Of a stretch of DNA of 33,147 nt, positions 1 to 8,249 are shown one piece after another (the stretch's first letter is position 1; every line of letters begins with the position of its first letter). The notes under the pieces are model-generated. The model worked only from the letters and a program-made list of their open reading frames with translations, did no database searches and was not told where the DNA came from. The stretch spans positions 1-33,147 of the forward strand of contig JBBSNG010000001.1 in assembly GCA_038232755.1 (NCBI GenBank), given 5' to 3'. The DNA comes from Solirubrobacterales bacterium. GTDB taxonomy: Bacteria > Actinomycetota > Thermoleophilia > Solirubrobacterales > Thermoleophilaceae. Position numbers and translations under genes: made by a program.

Positions 1-474
1 CTCGAGCCGCTCGCCGAAGCGGACGCTCCCGCCCTGCGCGCCATGCGCCTCGAGCCCGAGGTCGCGGCCTGGTGGGGGCCGCTCGAGGACGACTTCCCGT
101 TCGGCGACGATCCCGACGCGACGCGCTTCACCATCCGCCGCGACGGCGCGGTCGCGGGGCTGATCCAGTTCGGGGAGGAGCCCGAGCCGATGTACCGCCA
201 CGCCTGGATCGACCTCTTCGTCGACCCCGCGCTCGGCCGCCAGGGCGTCGGCACCGACGCGATCGTCACCCTCGTCCGGCATCTGACCGAGGACCGTGGG
301 CACCACCGGGTCACCATCGACCCCGCGCTCGACAACGTCGCGGCGGTCGGCTGTTACGAGAAGGCCGGCTTTCGCCGGGTCGGGGTGATGCAGACGGCGG
401 AGCGCGACCCTCTGAGCGGTCGCTGGCGCGACGCGCTGCTGATGGAGCTCGTGGTGACGCCGGTCGCCCGGTGA
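1..474 (+). CDS. GNAT family N-acetyltransferase (5' end cut by the window edge)
   Basis: The reading frame is open from base 1 (LEPLAEADAPALRAMRLEPEV...). It has the GNAT acetyl-CoA motif RQGVGTDAI and the YEKAGFRRVG segment. Third-position GC is high throughout. Confidence 0.8.
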   Translation, partial: LEPLAEADAPALRAMRLEPEVAAWWGPLEDDFPFGDDPDATRFTIRRDGAVAGLIQFGEEPEPMYRHAWIDLFVDPALGRQGVGTDAIVTLVRHLTEDRGHHRVTIDPALDNVAAVGCYEKAGFRRVGVMQTAERDPLSGRWRDALLMELVVTPVAR

Positions 475-576
475 GCGCCTGCGTCGTCGCCGCCAGGGAG
501 TAGGCCGGACGGGTCGTCGCGCTCGCCGTCTGGAATGCTGCTCCGGTTCTCGGAGCGGAAGGAAGCGAGGAAGATC

Positions 577-926
577 GTGAAGCTCGTGATCGGGGTGGTG
601 CGGCCGGAGAAGGCCAACGACGTGATGGAGGCCCTCTATCGCGCCGAGGTGCGGGGACTCTCGGTGAGTCGGGTGCAGGGCCACGGCGGAGAGCTCGACC
701 GCGTCGAGACCTACCGCGGCACCACCGTGCAGATGCGGCTGTCGGAGAAGGTTCGCTTCGAGGTCGCGGTCTCGGATCCCTACGTCCAGCCGACGATCGA
801 CGCCCTCTGCGAGGGCGGGTCCACCGGTGAGGTCGGCGACGGCAAGATCTTCGTGGTGCCGCTGGAGCGGGTCGTCCGCATCCGCACCGGCGAGACCGGC
901 GACAGCGCCGTCACCCCGGTGGAGAA

Positions 927-930
<4 letters not shown>
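577..930 (+). CDS. glnK: P-II nitrogen regulatory protein (GlnB/GlnK family)
   Basis: GTG at 577 is preceded by GGAAGGAAGCGAGG. The 117-aa product has the P-II layout: KLVIGVVRPEK, a T-loop with ETYRG, and GDGKIFVVPLERVVRIRTGE. Its stop overlaps the amt start (ATGA at 927-930). The ORF-track start at 535 is probably too far upstream. Confidence 0.85.
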
Positions 931-2240
<1,310 letters not shown>

Positions 2241-2256
2241 AGGAGCGGATCCTGCT

Positions 2257-2678
2257 GTGAGCCTGGCCGTCGAGGACTCCAACCGCCGCCTGCTGCGCGC
2301 TCGCGACGCGATGGACCGCACTTACGCGCAGCCACTCGACGTTGCGGCCCTCGCCCGGATCGCTCACATCTCAGAGGCACATTCATCCGCACCTTCCACG
2401 CCACGTTCGGCGAGACGCCCTACCGCTACCTCCAGCGCCGCCGGGTCGAGCGGGCGATGTTCCTGCTGCGCCAGACCGACTGCAGCGTGACCGAGATCTG
2501 CTTCGACGTCGGGTTCATCAGCCTGGGCACTTTCAGCCGCATGTTCAGCGAGATCGTCGGGAAGCCGCCGTCGGCGTACCGCAGCGGAGCCGCGCTCGAT
2601 GCTGTGCCGACCTGCTTCGCGATGGCCTGGGCGCGACCGCGCAGTTTCGGAGAAGCGCTCTCGCCTGACCTCGATTAG
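2257..2678 (+). pseudogene. AraC/XylS-family HTH regulator, interrupted by a single-base frameshift (or sequencing error)
   Basis: Frame 1 (2257-2490) reads ...LDVAALARIAHISEAH and then becomes nonsense. The frame from 2382 reads FIRTFHATFGETPYRYLQRRRVERAMFLLRQTDCSVTEICFDVGFISLGTFSRMFSEIVGKPPSAYR. Together the two pieces make one canonical AraC double-HTH. The join requires one extra base in the His codon at 2380-2382. Confidence 0.7.
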
Positions 2679-2726
2679 CGTCGGGCTCGATCACTCAATC
2701 GACCCCACCGAAAGGGGAAAGCCCGC

Positions 2727-3152
2727 ATGTCCAACGCCATCTCCCACCACTCGATCTTCGTCCTCGACCAGGACCAGGCGCTCGACTTCTACGTCGGAAA
2801 GCTCGGCTTCGAGGTCAGCGCCGACGTCGACATGGGCAATATGCGCTGGCTGACGGTCAACGTGCCGGGCGATCCCGATCGCCACATCGTGCTCGAGCGG
2901 CCCGGCGGGCCGGCGATGGACGACGCCGCCGCCGAGCAGGTACGCGATCTCCTGACCAAGGGAGCCACCGGTCTCGCGTTCATTCTGAGCACTGACGACT
3001 GCCGCAGGACCTACGAGGAGCTCGTGGCCAAGGGCGTCGAGTTCACCTCGGAACCCGTCGAGCAGTTCTACGGCGTGGACTGCGGGCTACGTGACCCGTT
3101 CGGCAACCACATCCGGATCGTGCAGCCGGCGCCCGACCCCGCCGCCCGGTAG
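2727..3152 (+). CDS. VOC family protein (glyoxalase/bleomycin-resistance/dioxygenase fold)
   Basis: The 141-aa product shows a typical VOC pattern (HHSIFVLDQDQALDFYVGKLGFEV ... GVDCGLRDPFGNHIRIVQ). An AAAGGGGAAAG ribosome-binding site lies upstream. The position downstream of a small AraC regulator is a common pairing. Confidence 0.85.
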   Translation: MSNAISHHSIFVLDQDQALDFYVGKLGFEVSADVDMGNMRWLTVNVPGDPDRHIVLERPGGPAMDDAAAEQVRDLLTKGATGLAFILSTDDCRRTYEELVAKGVEFTSEPVEQFYGVDCGLRDPFGNHIRIVQPAPDPAAR

Positions 3153-3166
3153 AAGGCCGCCGAGGC

Positions 3167-3709
3167 TCACCCTGCGCTCGCTCTGATATCCACGAGGCGC
3201 GCGAAGCGCGGATCGTCGTCGGCGACCAGCGGGCGCAGGGCGGCTTCCACCGCCGCGAAGTCGAGGGTCCCGGCCGCGGCCATCGCCTCGATGTCGGCCC
3301 AGTCGCGCGTGCGGTCGAACATCGCCTTGAACACCGCGAGCTCGACCGGGCCGAGGATCGGGATCGAGGTCTCAGCGAACTCCACGATGCGGGCGTTGCG
3401 CGCCGCGTCGGCGTGGATCGGCACGTAGTCGAAGAAGAGGTCGACCGGGGTCCCCTCCCACCACAGGCGTCGCTGGCCGTCGCGGGCGATCGCCTCAGCG
3501 ACGCCACGGGGCTGTTCGATGCCCTCGGGCAGCGCCGCGAGCGCGACGGCGCAGTCCTCGGCCGGCACGAACACGTTGACGTCGATGTCGCTCGTTCCGC
3601 GCGGGTCGAGCGTCCAGTAGGCGAGCGCGATCGCGCCCCCGAAGGCGTGCGGAAGGTCCTCGGCGGCCAGCGAGCGGTGAAGCTCGACCAGGCGCTCGGC
3701 CAGGGTCAC
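3167..3709 (-). CDS. Small nucleotidyltransferase-fold protein (AbiEii/MenT-like, putative toxin)
   Basis: GTG at 3709 gives a 180-aa product with the minimal polymerase-beta NTase motif FGGAIALAYWTLDPRGTSDIDVNVF (G-G ... DxD). The start overlaps the upstream XRE gene's stop as GTGA (3706-3709). The long ORF-track extension to 4351 is in a poor-codon region. Confidence 0.6.
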   Translation of the reverse strand: MTLAERLVELHRSLAAEDLPHAFGGAIALAYWTLDPRGTSDIDVNVFVPAEDCAVALAALPEGIEQPRGVAEAIARDGQRRLWWEGTPVDLFFDYVPIHADAARNARIVEFAETSIPILGPVELAVFKAMFDRTRDWADIEAMAAAGTLDFAAVEAALRPLVADDDPRFARLVDIRASAG

Positions 3710-4044
3710 GCGGACGGAGCCGGCGCGCTGAGGCGGGGGAAATCGAGCTCCGTGTGGTGACGGGTCGGCAGCAGCTCCGCCAGCGCGAGCACCTCGATGA
3801 GCGCTCGCCCGGTGTCGCGGTGACGCTGCCGCGAGGGTACGATCAGCCTTCCACGCCCGGGCTCGACTACGAGCCGAGCGCCGGCGGCCGTCAGGAGGCG
3901 CTCGAACGTCTCCAGCGACGGCCGCTTGCGACCCGACTCGTAGGCGGATACGGCCGCTTGAGAGGTGTCGGCCACCTCCGCGAGCTGCGCCTGGGTCAAG
4001 CGGGCTTGAGTGCGCGCTTGTCGTAGTGATGCTGCCGCGTTCAT
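3706..4044 (-). CDS. XRE-family helix-turn-helix protein (putative antitoxin/regulator)
   Basis: ATG at 4044 gives a 112-aa product. The N-terminal sequence LRQARTQARLTQAQLAEVADTSQAAVSAYESGRKRPSLETFERLL is a classic Cro/C1 HTH. An AT-rich palindrome and a TATACT box lie just upstream. Confidence 0.75.
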   Translation of the reverse strand: MNAAASLRQARTQARLTQAQLAEVADTSQAAVSAYESGRKRPSLETFERLLTAAGARLVVEPGRGRLIVPSRQRHRDTGRALIEVLALAELLPTRHHTELDFPRLSAPAPSA

Positions 4045-4057
4045 TCTCGGGCTGAGT

Positions 4058-4073
4058 ATATCCGCCTGGATAT
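4058..4073. promoter_or_regulatory. Inverted repeat ATATCC-gcct-GGATAT, candidate operator at the XRE gene promoter
   Basis: Two perfect 6-bp arms are separated by a 4-nt spacer in an unusually AT-rich patch. It overlaps a minus-strand TATACT (4060-4055) that ends 10 nt before the ATG at 4044. Confidence 0.35.
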
Positions 4074-4097
4074 GTTGAGCCGGAGCCGGGCACGGGA

Positions 4098-4427
4098 TCA
4101 CACCTTGGGTAGGCGGGCGGCCCGCATATCCACGAGCTCGCCGCGAAAGGGCACGCCCTCGGCGTCGAGCAACGCGCGCTGGCGCTCGCCCTTGGCCAGG
4201 GAGCCGTCAGCTCGGACGATGCGGTGCCAGGGAAGCGCCGGATCGTCGCAGCCGGCGAGCACCGCGCCGGCGAAGCGAGGTGCGCCCGGCGAGACGTCGC
4301 CGTAGGAGCGGACGAAGCCCGGCGGCGTCGAGCGAATGCGGGCGAGCACACCCGCGGCGCCAGACGAGGCGCCGGGCCGCCCGGCCGTGCGGTGGCGCCG
4401 AGCGGTCAGCTGGCGGGCTCGCGCCAC
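4098..4427 (-). CDS. Alkyltransferase-like (ATL) protein, MGMT DNA-binding domain with Trp in place of the acceptor Cys
   Basis: The sequence ...SYGDVSPGAPRFAGAVLAGCDDPALPWHRIVRADGSL matches the Ogt/Ada C-terminal domain, but the PCHRV motif reads PWHRIV. The start is ambiguous: GTG at 4427 overlaps the upstream GNAT by 22 nt, and GTG at 4349 is an alternative. Confidence 0.7.
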   Translation of the reverse strand: MARARQLTARRHRTAGRPGASSGAAGVLARIRSTPPGFVRSYGDVSPGAPRFAGAVLAGCDDPALPWHRIVRADGSLAKGERQRALLDAEGVPFRGELVDMRAARLPKV

Positions 4428-5032
4428 ATCCGCCAGAGCGGCGGCGAGCCCCTCCCGAGCCGGAACTCCTCGGTGACCACGAAGGCGTGGCGCTCGTAGA
4501 GCGCGCGGTTACGCGCGCTGCTGGCCTCGAGATAGGCGGGCACGCGCTCGCTGTCGCAGTGGCTGAGGACCGGGTGCATGAGGGCGGCGCCGAGACCCCT
4601 CCCCTGCCACTCCGGCGCTACGCCCAGGAAGGTCAGATAGAAGTGCGGTTGCTCGGGGTGGTTCGCCTCGACCGCGGTCATGGTCCGCAGAGCGCGCGGC
4701 ATGTGGCGCCCGAAGGCCCGTGCCATGGAGGGAACGAGCCGTAGCTGGGCGAGCGGCCCGAGCTTCCATTGGCCCGGCAGCTCCCAGGCGGCTGCTCCGG
4801 CGCGGCCAGCGGTCGTGTAGGACTCCCCTTGGGCAAGCAGGACCTTGCGCAGCATCACGCCGAAGAAGCGCTCCTGGATCTCCAACCGCCGCGAATCGTC
4901 CGGCAGCATCCAGACGAAGACGGGATCGTCGAAGAAGGCCCGGGCGAGCACGGAGGCGAGCGGCGATGCCTCGTCCGCGCTGGCCTTGCGTACCGTCTCG
5001 GCTTCCCGCACCGCCTGGGCGATGTCTGCCAT
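4406..5032 (-). CDS. GNAT family N-acetyltransferase
   Basis: ATG at 5032 has GGAGGA upstream and gives a 208-aa product. It has the motif FLGVAPEWQGRGLGAALM and the segment ARNRALYERHAFV. The ORF-track N-terminal extension to 5353 is Arg/Gly-rich junk that overlaps yebC. Confidence 0.8.
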   Translation of the reverse strand: MADIAQAVREAETVRKASADEASPLASVLARAFFDDPVFVWMLPDDSRRLEIQERFFGVMLRKVLLAQGESYTTAGRAGAAAWELPGQWKLGPLAQLRLVPSMARAFGRHMPRALRTMTAVEANHPEQPHFYLTFLGVAPEWQGRGLGAALMHPVLSHCDSERVPAYLEASSARNRALYERHAFVVTEEFRLGRGSPPLWRMWREPAS

Positions 5033-5109
5033 CGATCCTCCGCGCTCGCTCGCGGCGAGTATCTCCCGGCGCCGGCGAGCTGTCAACGCGCCGTCGCCGG
5101 CGCGAGGCC

Positions 5110-5862
5110 CTACGCCGGCGCCAGCCGCTCCAGCGTCGCCGCGTCGATGTCGAAGTTCGCGTGCACGGCCGAGACGTCGTCCTGGTCTTCCAGGTCCTCG
5201 AGCAGCCGCAGCACGCGCGCGACCTGGGCCTCCTCCACCTCGACCCGACTCTGCGGGCGCATGGTGATGTCGGCGGACTGGATCTCGACCCCCGCCTCGG
5301 CGAGCGCGTCGCGCACGGCCTGGAGGTCGCTGGGTGCGGTGACGATCTCCCACACGTTCTCGTCGCGGGTGAGGTCCTCGGCGCCGGCGTCGATGGCGAC
5401 GATCAGGTCGTCCTCGTGGTGGCGCTCGGCGTCGACGAGCACTACGCCCTTCTTGTCGAAGTTCCAGGCCACCGAGCCCGGCTCGCCGAGGCTCCCCCCG
5501 CGGTGGGAGAAGAGGTGGCGGACCTCGGAGCCCGTTCGGTTGCGGTTGTCGGTCAGCGCCTCGACGAGCACCGCGACTCCCCCGGCTGCGTAGCCCTCGT
5601 AGACCACGCTCTCGAAGGCCTCGGCGTCGGCGTCGTTGCCCGCGCCCTTGGCGATCGCCCGCTCGATGTTGTCCTTGGGCATGCTGGCGTCGCGCGCCTT
5701 TTGCACGGCGGTCGCGAGCGCGGCGTTACCGGCGGGATCGCCGCCGCCCTCGCGCGCGGCCACCTGGATGGCGCGGGCGAGCTTCGTGAAGAGCTGGCCG
5801 CGCTTGGCGTCGGCGGCGCCCTTCTTGTGCTTGATGGAGGACCATTTGGAGTGGCCGGACAT
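5110..5862 (-). CDS. yebC: YebC/PmpR family DNA-binding transcriptional regulator
   Basis: The 250-aa product has the hallmark N-terminus MSGHSKWSSIKHKKGAADAKRGQLFTKLARAI and conserved family length. Confidence 0.95.
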   Translation of the reverse strand: MSGHSKWSSIKHKKGAADAKRGQLFTKLARAIQVAAREGGGDPAGNAALATAVQKARDASMPKDNIERAIAKGAGNDADAEAFESVVYEGYAAGGVAVLVEALTDNRNRTGSEVRHLFSHRGGSLGEPGSVAWNFDKKGVVLVDAERHHEDDLIVAIDAGAEDLTRDENVWEIVTAPSDLQAVRDALAEAGVEIQSADITMRPQSRVEVEEAQVARVLRLLEDLEDQDDVSAVHANFDIDAATLERLAPA

Positions 5863-5880
5863 GGGATTGATTCTAGGGCG

Positions 5881-6234
5881 CTACTGGAGCCAGTGGACGA
5901 AGCCGGGGTAAGGGGGTCCGCGGTGGACGAACGCCTCGAGCGAGGCGATGAGGGCGCCCGTGGTCGCCGCCGCTTGCGGAAACCGTCTCGTGTTGACGAT
6001 GACGATGCCGTGGTGGTCACGCCCCTCGTCGCGGTAGCGCCGGTCGAGGGTGAGGAAGTCGTCCCGATCGTAGGTGACGATCGCCCGCGCTTCTCGCTGC
6101 GCATGCTCGAACAGATCGAGGTCGGGCGAGCTCCGCAGGTCGGACCGCTCGTCAACGGCCTCGACGTCGAAGCCGCGACTACGCAGCTGCTCGGCGACGG
6201 CCGACGAGAGCATCTCGTCGAGCAGCAACCTCAC
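5881..6234 (-). CDS. DUF5615-type PIN-like (Mut7-C-like) nuclease domain protein, putative toxin
   Basis: The 117-aa product starts MRLLLDEMLSSAVAEQLRSRGFDVEAV... and continues ...DLDLFEHAQREARAIVTYDRDDF, the pattern of the small PIN-like partner of DUF433 proteins. It overlaps the upstream gene by 4 nt (6231-6234). Confidence 0.7.
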   Translation of the reverse strand: MRLLLDEMLSSAVAEQLRSRGFDVEAVDERSDLRSSPDLDLFEHAQREARAIVTYDRDDFLTLDRRYRDEGRDHHGIVIVNTRRFPQAAATTGALIASLEAFVHRGPPYPGFVHWLQ

Positions 6235-6749
6235 GCAAGGGCGTTCTGCTCACGGCGCCAACGTTCCTCGTCCTCGTCCGCTTCCTCGAGGTTGCGGCGT
6301 ACCCACGGATCGATGTCGTCCGGATACTCGGCGTAGTAGCGAACCGCCGTGCGGACCTGCGCGAGGCTCAGGCTCGCCCACTCCGCGACGGAGGCCAGCG
6401 CTGCCTCTCCCTCGAGTTCGTTCGAGCGGATCGCGACGATGACCTGCCACACGTCCGGGCCGCGGGCCAGTCCGGCGCGGCGCCCGGCGGGACCGTCGCG
6501 GAACACGATGCCGGGGTGGTCCTCCATCCGCATGCCTTCGTCGAGGTAGCGCTCCGCGAGCCGGGAGCGGTTGAGGCCGGTGCGGGCGCCGCGGCGGTCG
6601 AGGCGGTCGACGACGGAGGGGTCGAGGCGAGCGGAGAACTGGCGGGAGGGGGGTATGTAAGACAGTGTAACGCACTGGATCGGACCCACTCGGCACCACT
6701 CCGGATGCAAGCGGCCTGGGCCTCCGCGTTGAGCGACTACGCTCGTCAT
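6231..6749 (-). CDS. Ribbon-helix-helix plus DUF433-like protein, putative antitoxin
   Basis: FSARLDPSVVDRLDRRGARTGLNRSRLAERYLDEG has a strand-helix-helix (RHH) pattern. It is followed by a DUF433-like segment, GIVFRDGPAGRRAGLARGPDVWQVIVAI...LSLAQVRTAVRYYAEYPDDID. Codons between 6749 and about 6660 have low third-position GC, so the true start may be GTG at 6689 or later. Confidence 0.6.
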   Translation of the reverse strand: MTSVVAQRGGPGRLHPEWCRVGPIQCVTLSYIPPSRQFSARLDPSVVDRLDRRGARTGLNRSRLAERYLDEGMRMEDHPGIVFRDGPAGRRAGLARGPDVWQVIVAIRSNELEGEAALASVAEWASLSLAQVRTAVRYYAEYPDDIDPWVRRNLEEADEDEERWRREQNALA

Positions 6750-6796
6750 CGAGCGAACCGACGATCAGCCGACATGGCTCATCGTGACCGCCTGGA

Positions 6797-6821
6797 GCTC
6801 GACGGCAGTCGAGCGTAGAAT
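6797..6821 (+). promoter_or_regulatory. Inverted repeat GCTCGAC-ggca-GTCGAGC followed by a TAGAAT -10-like box
   Basis: The inverted repeat has 7-bp perfect arms (6797-6814). TAGAAT lies at 6816-6821, immediately upstream of the RHH ORF that starts at 6825 or 6837. Confidence 0.3.
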
Positions 6822-6824
6822 CCT

Positions 6825-7079
6825 GTGCCGCTGACGATGCCGAGTAATCCCTGGACAGACTCCGATCCTGGCCGTGGCGACTTCGACGCTGAGTTAGCGA
6901 GGATCGACCCTCGCTACGTCGAGACGCATGGAGGTGATCGGGACGCGAGGTTGAGGATCCTCGTCAGCGTCGAGGGGGATGACGCCGAGCGTCTCGAGCG
7001 GATCGCCGACGCGCGCGGCCAGAAGCCGGGCGACGTGGTCGCCGAACTGCTGCGTGATGCCGACCACTCGATCGCATGA
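6825..7079 (+). CDS. Small acidic protein with a C-terminal ribbon-helix-helix-like motif
   Basis: The C-terminal RILVSVEGDDAERLERIADARGQKPGDVVAELLRDA fits a strand-helix-helix pattern. The start is GTG at 6825 or ATG at 6837. Codon bias is only moderate, so the coding call is tentative. Confidence 0.45.
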   Translation: MPLTMPSNPWTDSDPGRGDFDAELARIDPRYVETHGGDRDARLRILVSVEGDDAERLERIADARGQKPGDVVAELLRDADHSIA

Positions 7080-7116
7080 TCGTCGTGATCTGAACGGCCT
7101 TCCGGATGGCATTGCG

Positions 7117-7332
7117 ATGAGGAAGTACTTAGTCGTCTACGAACGAGCCGAGGACGGAGGGTGGGGCGCGTCCCTCCCGGATCTCGCGGGAGTCGTGGCG
7201 TTCGGCGCCTCGCCCGACGAGGTGGCAGATCGCATCCAAGAGGCCCTCGACGCCTACGCCGAAGAGATGTCGACCCTGGGTCGAGAACTTCCGGAGCCGG
7301 TCGCCGCTGCCGGGACGGTGCAGGCAGCCTAA
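7117..7332 (+). CDS. HicB-like antitoxin N-terminal domain protein (UPF0150 family)
   Basis: ATG at 7117 gives a 71-aa product, MRKYLVVYERAEDGGWGASLPDLAGVVAFGASPDEVADRIQEALDAYAEEM. This matches the HicB_N pattern (Y-x-v-x-e...GgY-x-a-x-vPdLPG-c-x-s-x-G-x-t-x-eEa). Confidence 0.65.
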   Translation: MRKYLVVYERAEDGGWGASLPDLAGVVAFGASPDEVADRIQEALDAYAEEMSTLGRELPEPVAAAGTVQAA

Positions 7333-7457
7333 GCAGTCCGCCGGCGAACGAGGCGAGCCCGCAGTGTCTCGCGCGCACCTTTGCAGGTCGCCGGGCACGG
7401 TGAGGGTCGGCGGCGCTACCGCTACGCTGCGAGCGCGCTTGCTGGCGGGTCGTTCCT

Positions 7458-7694
7458 ATGGGAGCAGTGAGCATCAGAGATCTCCGTAACCACGGTGGCG
7501 ATGTCGTCGACCGCGCCGCTCGCGGCGAGCAGGTCACGATCACGCGCGCGGGCAAGGCCGTCGCCGAGTTGCGGCCGCTCGCGAGTCCCCCGCTCTCGTC
7601 ACAGTCGCTGGTGACACGATGGGCGCACCTGCCGGACCTGAACCCGGCGACGCTGCGAGCAGACATCGACGAGGCCGTGGATGCGCGCTTGTGA
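7458..7694 (+). CDS. Phd/YefM-family type II antitoxin
   Basis: The 78-aa product starts VSIRDLRNHGGDVVDRAARGEQVTITRAGKAVAELRP, a typical Phd/YefM N-terminus. Its stop overlaps the VapC GTG start as GTGA (7691-7694). Confidence 0.8.
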   Translation: MGAVSIRDLRNHGGDVVDRAARGEQVTITRAGKAVAELRPLASPPLSSQSLVTRWAHLPDLNPATLRADIDEAVDARL

Positions 7695-8116
7695 GCGCCC
7701 CGGCGGAACCCAGCCGGGGCGTGCTCGACACCTCGACGGTGGTCAGACTGGGCCGGATGACCGACGCCGCTGTGCTGCCAGACGAGCCGCTCGTCACCGC
7801 CGTCACCCTCGTGGAGCTGTCGGTTGGCCCTCTGGTCGCTCGCGATGAGCGCGAGCGCGCGGTCCGCCAGGCCCATCTTCAACAGGCCGAGGCCGACTTC
7901 GACCCGCTGCCCTTCGATGCCGCCGCTGCGCGAGCGTTCGGACAGGTCGCCGCCTCGCTGCGCCGCGCCGGCCGCAAGACCGCGGCTCGCGCCTACGACG
8001 CCATGATCGCCGCGACGGCGCTCGCGAACGACCTGCCGGTCTACACCTGCAACGCCGACGACTTCGACGGGATCGACGGGCTCGAGATCGTGTCAGTGCC
8101 CGACTCGCTGGCGTAG
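7691..8116 (+). CDS. vapC: PIN-domain ribonuclease toxin (VapC family)
   Basis: GTG at 7691 gives a 141-aa product. PIN acidic residues sit in the expected context (GVLDTSTVV, TLVELSVG, AYDAMIAATALANDLPVYTCNADDF). Confidence 0.85.
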   Translation: MSAPAEPSRGVLDTSTVVRLGRMTDAAVLPDEPLVTAVTLVELSVGPLVARDERERAVRQAHLQQAEADFDPLPFDAAAARAFGQVAASLRRAGRKTAARAYDAMIAATALANDLPVYTCNADDFDGIDGLEIVSVPDSLA

Positions 8117-8249
8117 CCGAGCCGTCACCCGCGCCGCCGCGGGCGGTCACGATCGCGCCTGCGCCGACGATCGAGCGTCGAGCCGGTCCGGGCCACGGCG
8201 ACGCCCGCCGTCGCGACGCCGACCAGCGCGAACCGCAGCCGTCGGTCGG

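Noticed and set aside
525-545. Possible sigma-54 promoter (TGGAATGCTGCT) upstream of the nitrogen genes
   Set aside because: The GG and GC elements are about 8 nt apart rather than the about 12 nt of the TGGCAC-N5-TTGC consensus, so the match is coincidental.
4720-6336. 538-aa plus-strand ORF across the GNAT, yebC and DUF5615 genes
   Set aside because: It is antisense to three well-supported minus-strand genes, and its composition is Arg/Ala/Pro-rich without domain signatures.
6894-7112. Search for a HicA toxin ORF next to the HicB-like gene, including the 72-aa minus-strand ORF
   Set aside because: No ORF on either strand between 6750 and 7457 shows the HicA double-stranded-RNA-binding pattern with its conserved Gly and His. 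The 72-aa ORF is antisense to the RHH gene and has no features.
8128-8143. GC-rich hairpin CCCGCG-ccgc-CGCGGG downstream of vapC as an intrinsic terminator
   Set aside because: There is no following T-tract on either strand and the stem is short. Such palindromes are frequent by chance at this GC content.
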